Origin: Blasia pusilla
Lineage: Eukaryota
Length of the DNA stretch: 64,000 nucleotides
Direction: 5' to 3'
Assembly: GCA_050084515.1 (NCBI GenBank)
Contig: CM114271.1
Span: forward strand, 31,310,001-31,374,000
The stretch's first letter is position 1. Each line of letters begins with the position of its first letter. This document shows, piece by piece, positions 26,120-40,797 of this stretch. Under the pieces are notes generated by a model. It was not told the DNA's origin and made no database searches. It saw only the letters and a list, made by a program, of their open reading frames with translations. The position numbers were made by a program, and so were the translations under genes.

Positions 26120-29029
26120 TTGGGTACGCTGAAGGGTCCCGGGATACGGATTGAATTGGCTAGTGATACACCAATCTTTCATCGACCCTACAGGTATTCC
26201 GATATGGAGCGAGCCTTGATTCAGAGCAGGAGTCAAGACTTGCCACAGTCATGCCGGCAAAGAAGAATATGTATGGCAATTGGACGGATAGGCGGATGTG
26301 TGGAGATTACCGTCCTATCAACCGATAGACGAGGTCAGATCGGTACGCCATGCCTACTCTTGAGGAGATCTTTGATGCGGTAGGGCATGCAAAGATCTTC
26401 AGTACGCTAGATCTCCGTGTTGGCTATCATCAACTTCCTATCTGGTTGGAGGACAGGGAGAAGACAACATTCTGGGGGATAGATCGGTTCACGAGAGATT
26501 GCTTGTATTAGTGGCGGTTCTTACCATTTGGGTTGAAGAACGCGCCTACAGAGTTTCAGAGAGTGATGGATAGGATTCTGGTTGGCTTGGATTTTGTATG
26601 ATGTTACATAGATAATATTCTTATCTTCAGTTCCACGGTTGAGGAGCATGAGCGACACCTAGAGGAGGTGTTTCGGCAATTGCGGTTACATGGACTCAAG
26701 TTACATCCAAGCAAGTGCAGATTCTTTCAGGAGCAGATTGAGTATTTGGGACACATCATATATACTCGAGTGGGTTAGGCGTTTAGCAGACGAAGGTAGA
26801 GGCTATTGTGCAGATTCCACGCCCTACAGATGTGAGTCGAGTCCGAGCATTTCTTGGATTGGCGAACTTCTATCCACGGTATGTCAAGTGTTTTAGTGCG
26901 ATCGCAAAGTCTTTGACCTTGTTGAGGAGACTTGATCAGGTTTGGTTGTGGGGAGATGATGAAGAGCAACCATTTCAGGAGCTCAAGGACAAGTTGACGT
27001 CCTCACCCATTTTACAGAGACCGGTTAGGGGTCGCCCATTCCAGTTACATACGGATTGGAGTATGTTGGATCTAGGAGTAGTGCTTACTCAAAGGGATGA
27101 CGAGGAGAGGGAGTTCGTTGTGGCTTACGCGAGCCGATCAAAAAATATTGTAGAGGCAAAGTACAGCTCCTACGAGGGAGAGTGCTTGGCTGTAGTGTGG
27201 GCCGTGGTACATTTCACGTGCTATTTATTCGGCAATCCTTTCACACTTACTGATCATTAGCCGTTGAGGTGGTTGATGGAGTCCGACAAGCTTATGGGAA
27301 AGCTTGCCAAGTGGGCTCTATTAATATAGGAGTATGAGTTTGAGGTGGTTCATAGGCCAGGTCGGCTGAACCAAGATGCGGATGGGTTGAGTCGTTACCC
27401 ATGTCCGAGTCAGAGAGACAATACAGGAGCTCGATGGCACGGAGAGAGTGATGAGGAGATGGTTCCCGGGTGGCATGCATCTGCCTATCTTTTTTGGTTG
27501 ACTATGGCAGGTCAGCCACAGGTGATGACTCTTGTGGTGGGATTGGATGATGAGTCTTTGGATCCGGAGGTCAGTGAGGAGGCAATAGGTGGTCGTGATA
27601 TCCATGACGACGTGGAGGTTGTGGAGTTCTTGTGCACTGGCGTCATAGCAAGCACAGTGAGTGCTAGGGAGCAGGATCGGATCCTACAGCGAGCCAGGAG
27701 GTTCAGGTTGAAGGGGACTCATATTTTGCGGGTATGGGGAGATGGTAGGATACGAGTGGGACCTTATCCTTCCCAGCGAGCACGTGTTGTGCGACATGCC
27801 CATGAGGAGTTGGGACATTTTGGAGTAAAGCGTACTTACAGCTTACTCCAGGTTCAATATTGATGGCGCGGCATGCATACTCGGGTACAGTAGTTTGTGG
27901 CTAGATGTATGTTATGTGACAGAGTGTGAGCATCCTTCAATGTTCCCACTCCGCAGTTACATCCTTTTCTGATTATGGGTTTAGGTTATCGGTGGAGTTT
28001 AGACTTTGCGGGACCTTTGCCATTGATGAGACGGCATCATAGGTACGTGTTGGTCATGGTGGAGCATTTCTCCAAGTGGATAGAGTTGATGGCACTACCG
28101 GACAAGGCAAGCGAGGGAACAACTTATGCATTTCTAGATCGTGTGCTTAGTCACTTTGGTGCACCGGCGGAGGTGTTGACTAACCAGGGTACTGAGTTCA
28201 AGGGAGAGTTTCAAGCCTTGTGTGATCAGGCATTGATAGATCACCGCACCATGTCCAAAGATCATCTTGAGGCGGATGGGTTAGCGAAAAGAGTGGTACA
28301 GACGGTGAAGAGAGGATTGCGCAAGTATGGCTTGCAGCGGGGACAGTTGAGGGAGTGGGACCTATAGTTGCCATGGTTGGCTATGGGTTATCGCTTTAGT
28401 CAGAAGGCATCCTTGGCGTCATTTTCACCGTACTTTGGGAGAGAGCTAGATTTACCTGCAGCCATTGGACATGATATGGCGGAGGTGTTAGATCTTGGTG
28501 ATCTAGATATGTGGGTACAAGCATGTTCTCAGAGGACGGATATTTTTTATAGAGTTATGCCTATGGCCTTTGAGAACTTAGCTATTGCTCAACATAGAGA
28601 TACATTGAGGTACGCGACCATTCGTGGAGGAGGTTATCGTCCAAGGATTAGGAGGTTTCATCCTGGGGATTACGTGTATTTATAGTAGGCGGCACCCACA
28701 ACGCTAGATATCACTGTAGGACGCACAATCCTACGTGTGCGCGAGATATTATCGACCGAGTCCTCATGTTGGAGGGACAGGATGGTATGATTTGGAAGGA
28801 TCATATGCGCAATTGTGCGCCATGTCATCTTCCAAACATAGACGGGACAGTGGATTCGAGCTTGGCGGTGGTATTTGCAGGCTTGAGGTGTATGTTGTGC
28901 GGATCTGCGAGGGGTGCAGCCACCATGTTGGTATGTGATGGTTATTCTCGAGGGTGGCATATGTCATGTCTGACCCTCCCTCTTGATGTAGTTCCCAGGG
29001 GACGATGGATTTTTCCGAGATATGTATAG
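26120..29029 (+). pseudogene. RT, RNase H, integrase and C-terminal PHD finger, copy 1
   Basis: RPYRYS, PFGLKNAP, YID(N)IL, LHTDWS, YEGECLAVVWA, HEELGHFG, WSLDF, and PHD-like CMLC..CD..WHMSCL..P..W at 28889-29026. Confidence 0.93.
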
Positions 29030-29105
29030 GGTAGTAGGTCATATCAGAGAGATGTGGTATTTTCTATCTGGAGTTGGGGGGATCCAATTGCCAGCTAGCG
29101 GGTCG

Positions 29106-29383
29106 GTTGTGTGATCTCCATGTATATGTATGAGTTGATTTTTGTACATGTGTGGATCAACCCGTGTGTGGGGAAGATCAGTGTTGTGTGATGTAGATGT
29201 GACCAGCGATGTATGTTATATAGCGATATGTATGCGCACGACGGCGTTGTGTAATCTCCATGTATATGTATGATTTGATTTTTGTACATGTGTGGATCGA
29301 CCCGTGTGTGGGGAAGATCGGTGTTGTGTGATGTAGATGAGACCAGCGATGTATGTTGTGTAGCGATATGTATGCGCATGACA
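29106..29383 (+). repeat. Two 138-bp 'B' repeats (29106-29243, 29246-29383) separated by GC
   Basis: Near-identical tandem copies GTTGTGT..GCGCAC/TGAC. They share CAGCGATGTATGTT and the GCACGAC end with the B repeat of copy 2. Confidence 0.92.
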
Positions 29384-31582
29384 TGTAAGACATGATTATC
29401 TTTTGATACCATACCTCTGTTGGAGTCCTCTGACAGAGATGCTTCCTCAACAAGTGTGTGTAGATTTATCTCATGTTCTTACAATGGAATTTTGTGAGTA
29501 CCTTGTGAGGACTAACCTACACAAGTAGAATGAGTGCTTGCGCTAGTTGCACGTCCCTATCGTGTGTTCTTGCATGATGCTATTTTCACAAATTTCAAGG
29601 TAGAAAATTACAATTGTTAGTAGATTTGTATACAACTCTACACACTTTGAAATCCTTAGATTGGAGTTGACCAAATATTCTAATTTGCTACCTAGCCTTT
29701 AATGATAACATAATATAGGGTAGACCAATTGCAAAAATTGATTTAATAACTAACAAAAAACAAACAATTAGAGTGGCTCCTTGGCTTTTATGACCTTTCA
29801 TGGCATAACCACGACAGGACATGAAAGAACTCTCAAATCAAGCTCCTTATTCTCATTAACAAATGGATTGCAAAAAGGATCATTGATATGAGAAGATATT
29901 CTAATCATCTCAATTGATGTAATGTCCATTTCAAGTTCAAGTTGCAAACCATCAATGGCCTTGGAAATAATTTCAAAGGTATGTACATGGCTCAAAAGGT
30001 TTCTAATACCATGCGATTTGATAAGTTTGCACACATCATTCATGTTGTTCACTAATTTGCGATGTACACACTTGGCAAGGTATGACCATTTGGGAGATGG
30101 ACATGATATGAGAGTTGCCTCAAATGAAAATAAAACATGATCTAAGAGTCTTAAAGCAATTAAAAAAATTCATTCCATTGATGTGAAGGATGAAACTCAA
30201 TAAATTGAACAATATGTTTTATCTTACATACAACATTACCTAAGTTGTCAAGTCCAAAAACTTGATCAAATCTAGTAGGGTGAAATTTAAATAACTTATA
30301 TTGTGACTAGAAATGAGTAAATGTTAGGGTTTCAAGCACGAAAGGTCTAATATATAGACTATACTTGGATGTATACATGGTAAAGATGCATTTTTATGCA
30401 TAGAACTCCTACATTTGGGAGGATTGTTATCAATGTAATGGCATGTTTGGGATTTGTTGAAGATATTGATCCATTCAAAATTACATCAGAAATCAGTTTT
30501 AGCTTGATTTCATCTAGACCCTCAAGACCTAGATATCTAGCAATATTAGTATCAATGTCAAGGGATCCTGTTGCAATTGGTTCTGATTTCATACAATACT
30601 TCAATAAATAAAAAAGACTAATTTTTATTGTTCACATGTTGAATATTCATGTGAGCATTTGATATAAGCAAAAAAAGGGGATGGTATGCAATAATATTAC
30701 GACGGTACAAAGACGGACGATAATAATTTCATCTCATTATTACTGAATCAACAAAAGGTTTAGTCTCAATATTTGGTCCCATAGAAAATCCAAGAAGACA
30801 AGAAGGTTGACGATCTCTTTTCTTGATAATGCAAATTCCTTCTTTGCATTTATGGAGTTGTTTCGTTGAGACATATTGAGATAATATCTCTGATTTCTTT
30901 AAATTACTCGTTGATGGTGTGTTCTATGAGGACCCATAGAATATAAGTACATATTTTTTTGAAGTTAGAATGTCATCATTTGAGTTTATCTAGAGTATCA
31001 TATAACAGTGTAAACTATCCCTATTTTCTAACCCATATATATTAGAAAATTCATACCTCTACCAAGTATTTGGGGTCCAAAAAGGAAAATTTAAGATAGA
31101 AATGAATATAACCAAATGTGGAATGGTTCAGCACATTCTGAAGGTATGTCACGCCATGTAAATGTTGGGTTGAACTTCTTTAGAACTCACTCTATATCAT
31201 CAAATTGAGGCTAATGTATAGGAGATATTTCATTTGATATATAGGTAAGAAAGAAATGGGGTATGCCCCATCTCTAAACTATGGCCTTGAGACCTTTTAG
31301 ATGACGTCTATGCTAAGATGGACTATCAAGAAGTCGCAAGCTTCTTGATTACTTTGAGAGATGAAAATACAAGTCTTTATCTTTTAGATTTGGTTTGGCA
31401 AGCACAAGCACACCACACCAAATGCAAAGAGAATCAAGCACGACCATACTAGATGAAGCAAGTAGATTATGTGTCAACCTCCATGTCAACATCGCTGTTA
31501 TCGAACATACACACAACGTGCACGATCCCATGCTAATTCATGGCATCCAAATAACGAGACGAGAAGTACCAAAATATCTCCA

Positions 31583-32550
31583 ATAAATCAAGTAGATCTC
31601 ACATCAATGTCTCTCACCAATCTCTCCATGGTGTGCACTCTCTCTCATGTCAAACCAAACCCACTCTCCTATTGAGAGGCTTGGGTTACACATACAAGAC
31701 AAGGACGACCATATATAGCTTTGTTGCTTCATGCCAACAGGTTCAAGAAAGAGAGAATGAGCTCTCAAACTCTCTCTCTTGGAAATATACCCCCTTCCCT
31801 CTCCCTTGTTGGGATGGCTATGGCATCCCCAAAAAAATTTGTTGTAACTTCGTGCTTAGACGATGAAATTGTGCACCATTTCTTCCACAGTGTGCACACC
31901 TTCTTGATCTACAACAACGTCAAATTGGTTTCTTCATTCAACCTTCCAATAAAAATTAAAAGGGACTATTGTACAACTCTTCAATCTATACTCCTATAGA
32001 GAATCCGGCAGCGCTTCCGCGCTGATTTCTCCCCATGAAAATTTTCAAACCTGTCAACACAACAACCAACAAGCCACAAGGTACTCCCAAGGGCACCAAC
32101 ATGGAGCAATCGACCCCCATACTTAATCTCTAAAGAAATTTGGGCAGCGCTTCCGCGCACCACTCTTCCACACGAAAAATCGCCAAAGAAATAACAAAAT
32201 CAAGTGGCTCTTGCTCCGGTGAGCACTCCCATGAGCCGCTGAACGGGGAACATGATCCCCAATCTGCACCAACAGCGAGTGACCAGCGAGCTCTTCCTTT
32301 GAAACTCTCTCACTCGCTCATTCTCTCTTTGTAAATCAAGTAGATCTCACATCAATGCCTCTCACCAATCTCTCCATGGTGTGCACTCTCTCTCATATCA
32401 AACCAAACCCACTCTCCTATTGAGAGGCTTCGGTTACACACACAAGGCAAGGAGGACCATAGCTCCGCCGCCTCATGCCAAGAGGTTCAACAAAGATAGA
32501 ATGAGCTCTCAAGCTCTCTCTCTTGGAGGTATAGCCCCTTCCCTCTCCCA
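31583..32550. repeat. ~220-bp direct duplication (~31583-31810 and ~32333-32550)
   Basis: AAATCAAGTAGATCTCACATCAATG...CCCACTCTCCTATTGAGAGGCTT occurs twice. Confidence 0.85.
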
Positions 32551-34682
32551 AGCTCTCTCCTCGGTGACCTATGCTCGCAGGTCATCTCCTTGGCTCTTGA
32601 CCTGCTATAGCGGGTCAAGGGCCACTTCCCAAAGTGGAAAGTCAACTATGCTCCAATTGGTAACTTACCCAAAATAGTAAGTTTCTCTATATGGCTCCAA
32701 ATGAGCCGGAACGAAGGGAAAACTTGCTCCCGCAAGTTATCCATGGCCTCAACAGGTCATCCTCGACCTCTTGAGGCTGCACTCCAGTGTCTCCAAAGAC
32801 GCTCTACTAGATCTCACCGATCTATCCTAAAAGTCGTGACATCCAGAATTGAAAACAAAATTGATCATGAGTATAGCAGATGGAAGTTAGCAAGTTATAT
32901 CTAACGTCAATGGAAGATTAGGAGCTCGGGAATAAAAATGATACAAGAAAAAATAGCAAATTCCCTTCGACACCTTTAAGAAATCCCATTCGACGCCTTC
33001 AAGTGACTAAGCCATTTCTTATAGTCATAGGCTTGTGGCAATGCCATTTTGTACAACATCATACCACAAGCGCCAAGCAAGTAGCCACAACCACAAGAAA
33101 AAAACACTTAATTATATAGTACACATTTAAAAGTACCGAGATGGTATTTTGATGGTAGAATCTAGCACCCAAGATAGAGGAAGCCTAACAAGAGTGTTTA
33201 TTAGATAGTATACCATTGGCTAGAATTGTTGCGTGGAACTCTAAACCCAAGACTAGTGAAACTATTATCAAGCACCTTGGTCTACTCGATCTCTAATGTG
33301 GTATCAATAATTATGTAGTACACCATCACATTCATAATGAAGTTTCTTTCTTATTTAAGATCATACAGATTATTTTATGGGACTTTTTGAAATTAGTCCA
33401 ATATTATGAACTCATTTCCTTAAACTTCCGTGTAGATTCAATCTAATAATATTTTAAGAATCATTTTTATATATTACATAGCATTGCCTACAATTACTAT
33501 ATAAGTGATGGGGGGTAAGGTATGACTACAGGCTTGATATAAGGTTGCACAAAAACGAACTAGTTTATCCGTGGGATGGACATGTCCATTGACATGCCCC
33601 ATGAATCCCCCATCCAGGTCTTTTGTTAACCAAGTTGCCAGCGCATGCTCAGGATGCGAGAATAGATATGGACTCGGATCGAGAGAAGCAAGCAAGAATC
33701 AAATGAATCTGCGGGCTAAGAGCCCTGGCCACATCAAGCCCGGGTGTGGCCCGCATTGAACCCATAAGGCCAGTATTGGCCCATAGCAGGTCTGCACATA
33801 GCCCGTAGGGTCCATCTATTAAGATCATATAAAATATTTTATGATATTTTATGTAGGGCCCACCATATCAAGACTTGTTCGGGCCTATGGCAGGCCGGTG
33901 TGGGCCCTATGGGATGTACAATAAATAGCAAGAATAGGCGCGGGTCAGACTGAGTGCGGGCTAGCCAAGCCTAGATCTACGTTGCCGGCAGGGTGGGCTG
34001 GAGGAACCCAACCCCGCACGGACATGCATATGTCCATCTATAACCTTCGCTTGGTAAGTCATAAAAATGAAACATAACAAATACAATCATAATTTGAGTT
34101 TTAGAAAATAGAAGTAATTCATTGTTGAGCCATCAAAATCATATTTTTCTTCTAGGGTATATTAGAAAATGAGTGAGGGATGGTCTCCTTCTCAATTGTA
34201 TGGGATATGCAAAAGAGTCCCTCACCCTAACGAGTATCTCTAGTAAAAATAATTATGGTTTATTAACTCTAATTAAGCTAGTCATTATTTATTGAATGAA
34301 ATTTATCAAGTTTACCTACTTTGTGTGAAAGGAAAATGTTACGATTCGTTTTGATGAGTTTGACCATATAATACTTGAGTTGTATCTTCAATAGTGTGGC
34401 ACTAATATTGTCTCCTCATGACATAAGTACATGTCTTGTACTATAGGGATATCATGTAGTGTCTTTATTGTTCGTCATAGACTATAGTATTATCCATCAT
34501 TCTAGGAGCAAGTAGCAAAGGAATGATATTGATAGCAATATGGCGTAACAAGTTAGATAGACGTGGCCATATACTTATTATGCATTCTACAATTATTCTC
34601 ATCTCTATATCATGAAAATTTGCATGTAAAAAATAATTCCATCACTTAATCAAACCTAGTATTATGTATGTATAATTAGAAA

Positions 34683-37496
34683 CTAGTCGGTGCCCGTGTT
34701 ACGCACGGGTGAAAGGCATCCAAACTCTGAATTTTAGGATGCGTGTCAAAATTGAAAAAGAAAATATCATCCAAAAAGGCTATTGGCCCAAAAAGACACA
34801 TGTAATCACCCCTATAAAGGCACTCTCCAATAATAATATAGATTGATGGATATTCGTAAATAACATTAATCATAATTTCATAAATAACTCATTTGGAAGC
34901 AGTGTATTTGGTCATAGATTTAGACAATAGTGCCACCAAAATTATAAATTAGAACTCTCTATTAGTAGGAGTATAAAAACTATAGCCTTAAGTTGGAAAA
35001 AAATTTGGATTTTATTAATATGGTGTGATAACTATAATACCACTTTATTTTCAATCTAGAGAGCTGCCAGAAGACAATCTTTTGCAACTTTGATGTGACT
35101 CTTAACACTTCACAAGTTGCAAAAATGAAAAATCCCTTTCATTCCTTGGAGTCTCAAAAATTAAATGCATCTTGGAATAATGATTAATAGAAGTATTTTT
35201 ATTGAAATTTACACATCATATAGAATCAATGATTGAGACTAGAATCTAATTATGCATGTGATGAAAAATGGTAAAAGGCTTGTATGTCTTCATCCCTCTC
35301 TTAAAAAGACTTGAAGGCTCCCATGTTAATGGGAGCCTTCAAGATGGGGCATAGAATAGAAATTTTGATAGGAAAACTTCTATAAATTAACAAGAAGTTA
35401 TGATTTCATTAAATTTTGACTGTAAAGAATCCTACAACATCATTGATATCTCTCGAATTGATATGCCATAGAGAGTATAACCATAATCTTAACAAAATCA
35501 TACATAGGACCTTAATACAAATCTTCAACAAATTTGCAACACCAGTAGAAATTCCTAAAGAAATTCCTAAAGATGTATTTGAATTTCACCATGTTCATAA
35601 GATAATACTTTCAAATTGTTAGAGATTCCTAAAGTCCCAAATGAAGGTTGGGAGATCTCATAAGATAGACTTACTATTACATTCATACACGTATGAAGCA
35701 TCGATGAAAATTTTCATTACACAATCTTAACATCTCTTAAAAATATTCCAAAAAATGGAGAACAAAAGGCTAATCCAACGTAGAAAGTTTCAACCCACAA
35801 AGAGAGAAGGGTTTGCCTTTTAGAAAACTCATGATGTTCCTTCAATAACATACATGATTGAAGTCTAATAACAACTATTCCTAAAATGGTAAATAAGATC
35901 CAAGAAAGTAACAACCTCGCACCTAAACAACCTCAAGTAAGCCCAAGAAGGGTTAAAAGTGGGTTAGAGGAGGAGGAACACTTCAACAAATTGGATGTGG
36001 TACCTAAATTTGAACCAAGGACTACTTGAGTGCAAGGGAGGGCTCCTTCCATCGCGTCCAACTCTCCTACATGTTTTGGATAGAAACAACAACATATTAT
36101 TCCCTTCTTCAATCCCAACCGTGGTTAGACAGACTAAACCACATGTCAGAAAAGAAGAAGACACACGAGGACATAAATTTGGAATCCCAGCAGGAGGGAG
36201 GTCGAGCTGAAGCTGCAAAGCTTATGGGTTTCATCGAACTTACAATAGACTCCTCCAACACGATCATCGTATCCCACCATACTAGAGATTCAGGACAGTG
36301 CGACTGATTTCGGTGATTCGTGAATCCACGGTTGCCGAAAGGATGCATGAAGGAGCTTCACGAAAACCTGCATAAACTTATGACCAGATCCCGGCTTTTC
36401 GTCTCGGATAACGCGCGCGGTGTGGCGGATGTGAGCGACTGAATATCGGTCACCCACGAGGGTTCCGATTTCCCCCATTCACGTGCACGGACCGGTGGGT
36501 CGCTCCGTTCGTGAAGAATTGGGTGGACTGCAGTCACTGCACGGCCAGCGTGCTCCGGACAAAAGGAGATTCTGGAGAATGAAAAGATGAGTCATCGGAG
36601 GACCCGCGATCATCGGGCTCTAGACGCACACGGAACCCCCTCCCACTGACTGCACCCAGAACCACGGAACCGGTTGCTTCTCGTGGATATGAAGCCATTG
36701 ATCACTTCCCCGTCCGGCCAACGAAAGGTGGTGCCATTGGTTCCTCCTGGAGGAACCAATGGCAAGTCACGGCAGGCCAAGGAGGCTGCTGTTAGGCCCC
36801 CTTTTTGGTTGGGGCCGATTCTGGCCTCTCGAGGTCTTCCTTGTTGGCTCTCTTTGCCCCCTCAGCTGTATCGTATCGTGATGGGTTCCCCATCTTTTTT
36901 ATACATATTTTATATCTTCTCCAGTCCTGCACAAAGCGACCCCTCTCTTCCGATACGGGAAGGTGGGTACAACCGGACTGTGATTTTGTATTTGTCTATC
37001 GCCGTCTGACTCAAAGCGCCTTCCCACAGCTTTGGGCGGTCCGATATCTTGGAGGCTCTTCCCGCGTTGCACGTTGAAAGTAACGAACTCCTAACTAACT
37101 AGTTAAGCGTGTAAAGGTGGTCGGCGTCTCATGCATGTGGAAGGACCTCGGTCTGCCCTCAATTGTAAGTTAAGCATGACCCACCATCTGAAGTGAACCC
37201 ATTGCACTCGATCGACCGGATATATTAGGGATTACTATAGTAGTTGGAATTTCGCATTTGCTACACGGAAACAAACCAACCAAATTGTAGTAGGATCAAT
37301 TGTAGAGGGGGAAAAGCAAATAGAGAAAAATTTGCCGACGAAAAGCTTTGGAAAGAGAGGATAGGAAAGAATTTAAGGCAACGGGAAAAATCAAATATGA
37401 CATTATGGCGTTGGAAAACGTATTGAATAATTAGAGTGATTGGAAAAAGGCATGTGGAAGTCATTAAATATTTCACCTTCACAAGATTATATTAGA
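34683..37496 (-). mobile_element. Probable non-autonomous Helitron
   Basis: The minus-strand 3' end CCCGTGCGTAACACGGG-CACCGA-CTAG|T (34709 to 34682) is clear. The candidate 5' end A|TCTAATATAAT at 37496 is tentative. It contains a perfect 15-bp-stem hairpin at 35310-35343. Confidence 0.6.
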
Positions 37497-40400
37497 TGGG
37501 GAGGTATGCAACTTTTTCTCGTTCTCTTTTTGCTGAAGAAAATCTAAGAATCTTCATAGTGACATGGCCTAGACATAGTGACATTTATTTATGTATAAGC
37601 GTACTTAGTGGCAATATAGTGTTATTGTCTCCTCCTCTCCTATGGTTCAAAATCATCCTCTGGTTTGATCATAATCCTTCTCCCAATTATCCGTCTTGTT
37701 TCCAACGTCCAACTCTACCTCCCCTCATTAACCTTTTTTCAACTACCTTAAACATTATGTGGACCAAGGGGAAGAGAATTCTACATTAGGAATCGCCTTG
37801 GAGAGCCTCGGGCTAAAGAGGTAAAAAGCTCAAAATACAAAAGTAGAAACCCCAAGTGCAGGAATTGGGAATTAAATAGGTGCGTGTGAATTGAGAGTGG
37901 ATGTTAATCTATGATGATCGATTAGAAATCTTATGGCAATTCATTGAATTATGATATAGATGGCTTCGAGGAGTGGATGTAATATGTGAATCACTAGATA
38001 CTAAATTGGAAAGAGATTACATGTAGTAGGAGTGGTAGGCCATCATAAGTGCCAAAGGATGACATGAATGAATGATCAAATTTTTTCTATATTTTAGTAA
38101 TAATTTCTTGTTCATATTTTTTCCAAAATTTTGGGATTCATAGATTTTGGAGAGATTTCTGAAATTTAAAGTTTATACTTTTTTCTCTTCCCCATTGACA
38201 ACTTATCTCTTTCTTTTTCTCAAAATTTTCTCTCTTCCTATTTTCTACGGTAAATTAAACCCTTAAAAAAAATAGTGTGAAGTCATCTTTCATTGAAGAA
38301 TTATCCTTATCCCTTTCTCCTTCCAATCGTCTACATTATTTGGGGAGAAGGACTTCTTGATTCATAAGAAACTCTTTGCTTTACACATGACCCAAGGGCA
38401 TGATTAGTTGTACTCTGTCTTCACAAATTGTTATGAAACATTGAAACCTAATACACATGACATAAAGAGAAAGTTTAACTAAAGAGCCAAACAAAATAAA
38501 GAAATAGATTATTGAAAGATTGTCTTCGTTTCTAGTTATGAAAATGTAGGCATCACTCTTTGGCACTTACAATAAAAGTAAACGCCGCAACAATGTAGGC
38601 TATCACAATTCCCGGACATGGACTTTCCTTCACTCGTTTCTATTCCTTGTTGGTGTTTCGAGTGGGCCATGGAGACTTGAAGTAAAATTCTTTGTGGTAT
38701 ATTTTGAAACTTTCTTTCAAGTCAAGTCTATCTTTGTATTTCTTGTTTTGTTTCACGGTTTTTGTTTATTCCTTGCACTATTATCGTACATAATTCTTTT
38801 CTCCTTTCTAAAGGTGATATTAGGCTTTGCTTCAAACCCTATTCCGTTCTAGTTCCTCTCTTAACATCTAAAATCATGTCCCATATGCATCACAAAATTT
38901 GCTAAATTTAGGACCTTGTTACTTCTTTATCTTCAGTCCTTCAGACTGAAGATCACTTCTTTAGGTGGTCTACATTAGTTTAAGATACCATCGGAGAACA
39001 AAGCATTTTCCAGTTCCTGGTCTCGTGGAGACCACCGACGTAAACTACACTTAAAAACGATTGACCAATTGCCTTTACTACCTTTGGCGGTCTCGTGCAT
39101 GACCACCTAGTCAGTCGAGTAGGACCATCGTCTCCAATACTCACCCCTTCCAATTCCACGGTCGTCCACGAGCACCAACCCTGTATGAATTCCAGCGCGG
39201 TCGACCACGCTGCCTAAGGAGGTAGCGAGCCAACTAAGCGACAGCCATGCGCAGCAACTATTTAAGCGCCACAACTTCAATGGAACATAGATCTCAAGAA
39301 TATTGTTATGCAGTGGGTCGAATTGAAATTCCTTGAAAATTGGAGGCATATTAAAACGTTTTGAATATTTATGGAAGATGCCAGCAATTCTGCGTTTGAT
39401 CAAACAAACAATCTAGCTAGCTATAGCTTTCGTGAAGCAATAGTTCGTCGGTGCCGTTGCTGCCTCGCTAGCGAACGAGCGCAACGAGAAGTCTTCAGAC
39501 TTGACACGTTTTCCACGGTCGCTAGATTTATGACAGTCTGGTGCACAAAACCAGATGTCCATAACTTACAATTCGCTAATTCACCAATCTATCCAAACAA
39601 TGCTCGAGAAATCCGTAAAAGAACGATGAGATCTACCTGCCCATCACAGGCTGGATCGTCGAATGGAAGGGGAAGAACCAAAAAATTGGATCTTACCAAG
39701 GACTTGAGATTCAGCTTCAAGCTACGGTTGGAAATTGAAAGTCTTCAAGAAAATTACAGGCGGGAATTAGATGACTTCTTTGTAAAAACAATTGGATTTT
39801 CTAAAAGTGATCTGTTTGTAAACACCACCTGAGTGTAAAAATCCTCGTACATGAGGATTGACTTGAAGGCGTCCAAAGTATGAGAAACTTATATGAAGCA
39901 CGTGCACGGACGTATAAGGGATCTCTCCATAAGTAATACTGTTCACAAATCGTTGTGTGAACATCGAACATTGCAGGGATCTAGCCTGATTGAGGTCAAG
40001 ATTCTGCTGGGCCCGAGCATTGGTAGTAACCCTGGGATGGAAAAACCATCGGGATACATGGAGAGCCAAAAATCCCGCGGACCAAAACCGGCCCCGAAGA
40101 GATAGAAGGGGGCCTAGGTAGGTAGTACTTCCACGATTATTCACTTGAGATCCAAGTCACTTAGAGTCCAAATTGCAACTTGCATTGCTGCATTAATGGC
40201 AGCTGCATCAATCGACCCACTTAACGCTAGCCGATGAAAGTGGGACCGGGTGAAGCTATGTAATTGACCGAGAGGTGCCACACCCCCATATTCATGAAAT
40301 ATATTATATGAAGCTGTGTTTCGGCTGATCGTCACAAGTACGCTAGCGCAGCCTATAAATGATGTGACTGACACAGAATAGAGGAGAGATGATCCAAATT

Positions 40401-40797
40401 CCTATGGGTGAAGCTCGAACGTTCATCTTCCTCCAGTCCAGTTCTAGAGTGATTCAAGAGAGCCTACATTCAAATTTCTAGAGTGGAAGCCGGAAGATTA
40501 CAAAACCTTCTTTCAGAAGAGTTTCGGAAATTGGCTGGACCTCGGATTCTTCACCCGTTTAGAACTAGTTTTTAGCCTAATTAGCTCGACCTGTACATAT
40601 ATCTATGGCGACGTACTATTCTTGCCGCAAAAACTTCACTAGACTCTGAAAGGCTCCATGAAATGATTTAGATTCATCGGTCGCAAAGGACTCTTATTAG
40701 CGTCAGTCGGTATCTCATGCTGGAGCTGGAGTAGTGAAGTTCATTTATTACTTGTCAACTCGAGAGCTCGAGCCAGCCACACGTATATATAGCGAGT

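Larger units (their letters stand above)
19272..29383 (+). mobile_element. Ty3/Gypsy retrotransposon copy 1 (gag-PR-DNMT-RT-RH-INT-PHD), decayed; termini A...B-B
   Basis: 4-bp TSD TGTA (19268-19271 and 29384-29387). Ends CGTCAC...ATGACA. TATA at 19545. Domains are collinear with copy 2. Confidence 0.85.
18780..30620 (-). pseudogene. Decayed multi-exon gene of unknown type, interrupted in an intron by Gypsy copy 1
   Basis: The minus strand after the acceptor ttctcag (~19226) reads VPETYLDFAIMILKD... with scattered TAG/TGA/TAA stops. Removing the retrotransposon restores a short GTATGG...TTCTCAG intron. Protein-like ORFs lie at 29798-30052 and 30359-30604. No family recognised. Confidence 0.3.

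Noticed and set aside
19268-29383. Alternative copy-1 start at 19268 with a 5-bp TSD TGTAC/TGTAA
   Set aside because: It needs a mismatch and gives a poorer terminal inverted repeat. The 19272 start gives a perfect 4-bp TSD consistent with the other two insertions.
33571-34042. hAT-like MITE (GATGGACAT inverted ends, many GGCCC motifs)
   Set aside because: Only ~9 bp of inverted match and no 8-bp TSD could be found.
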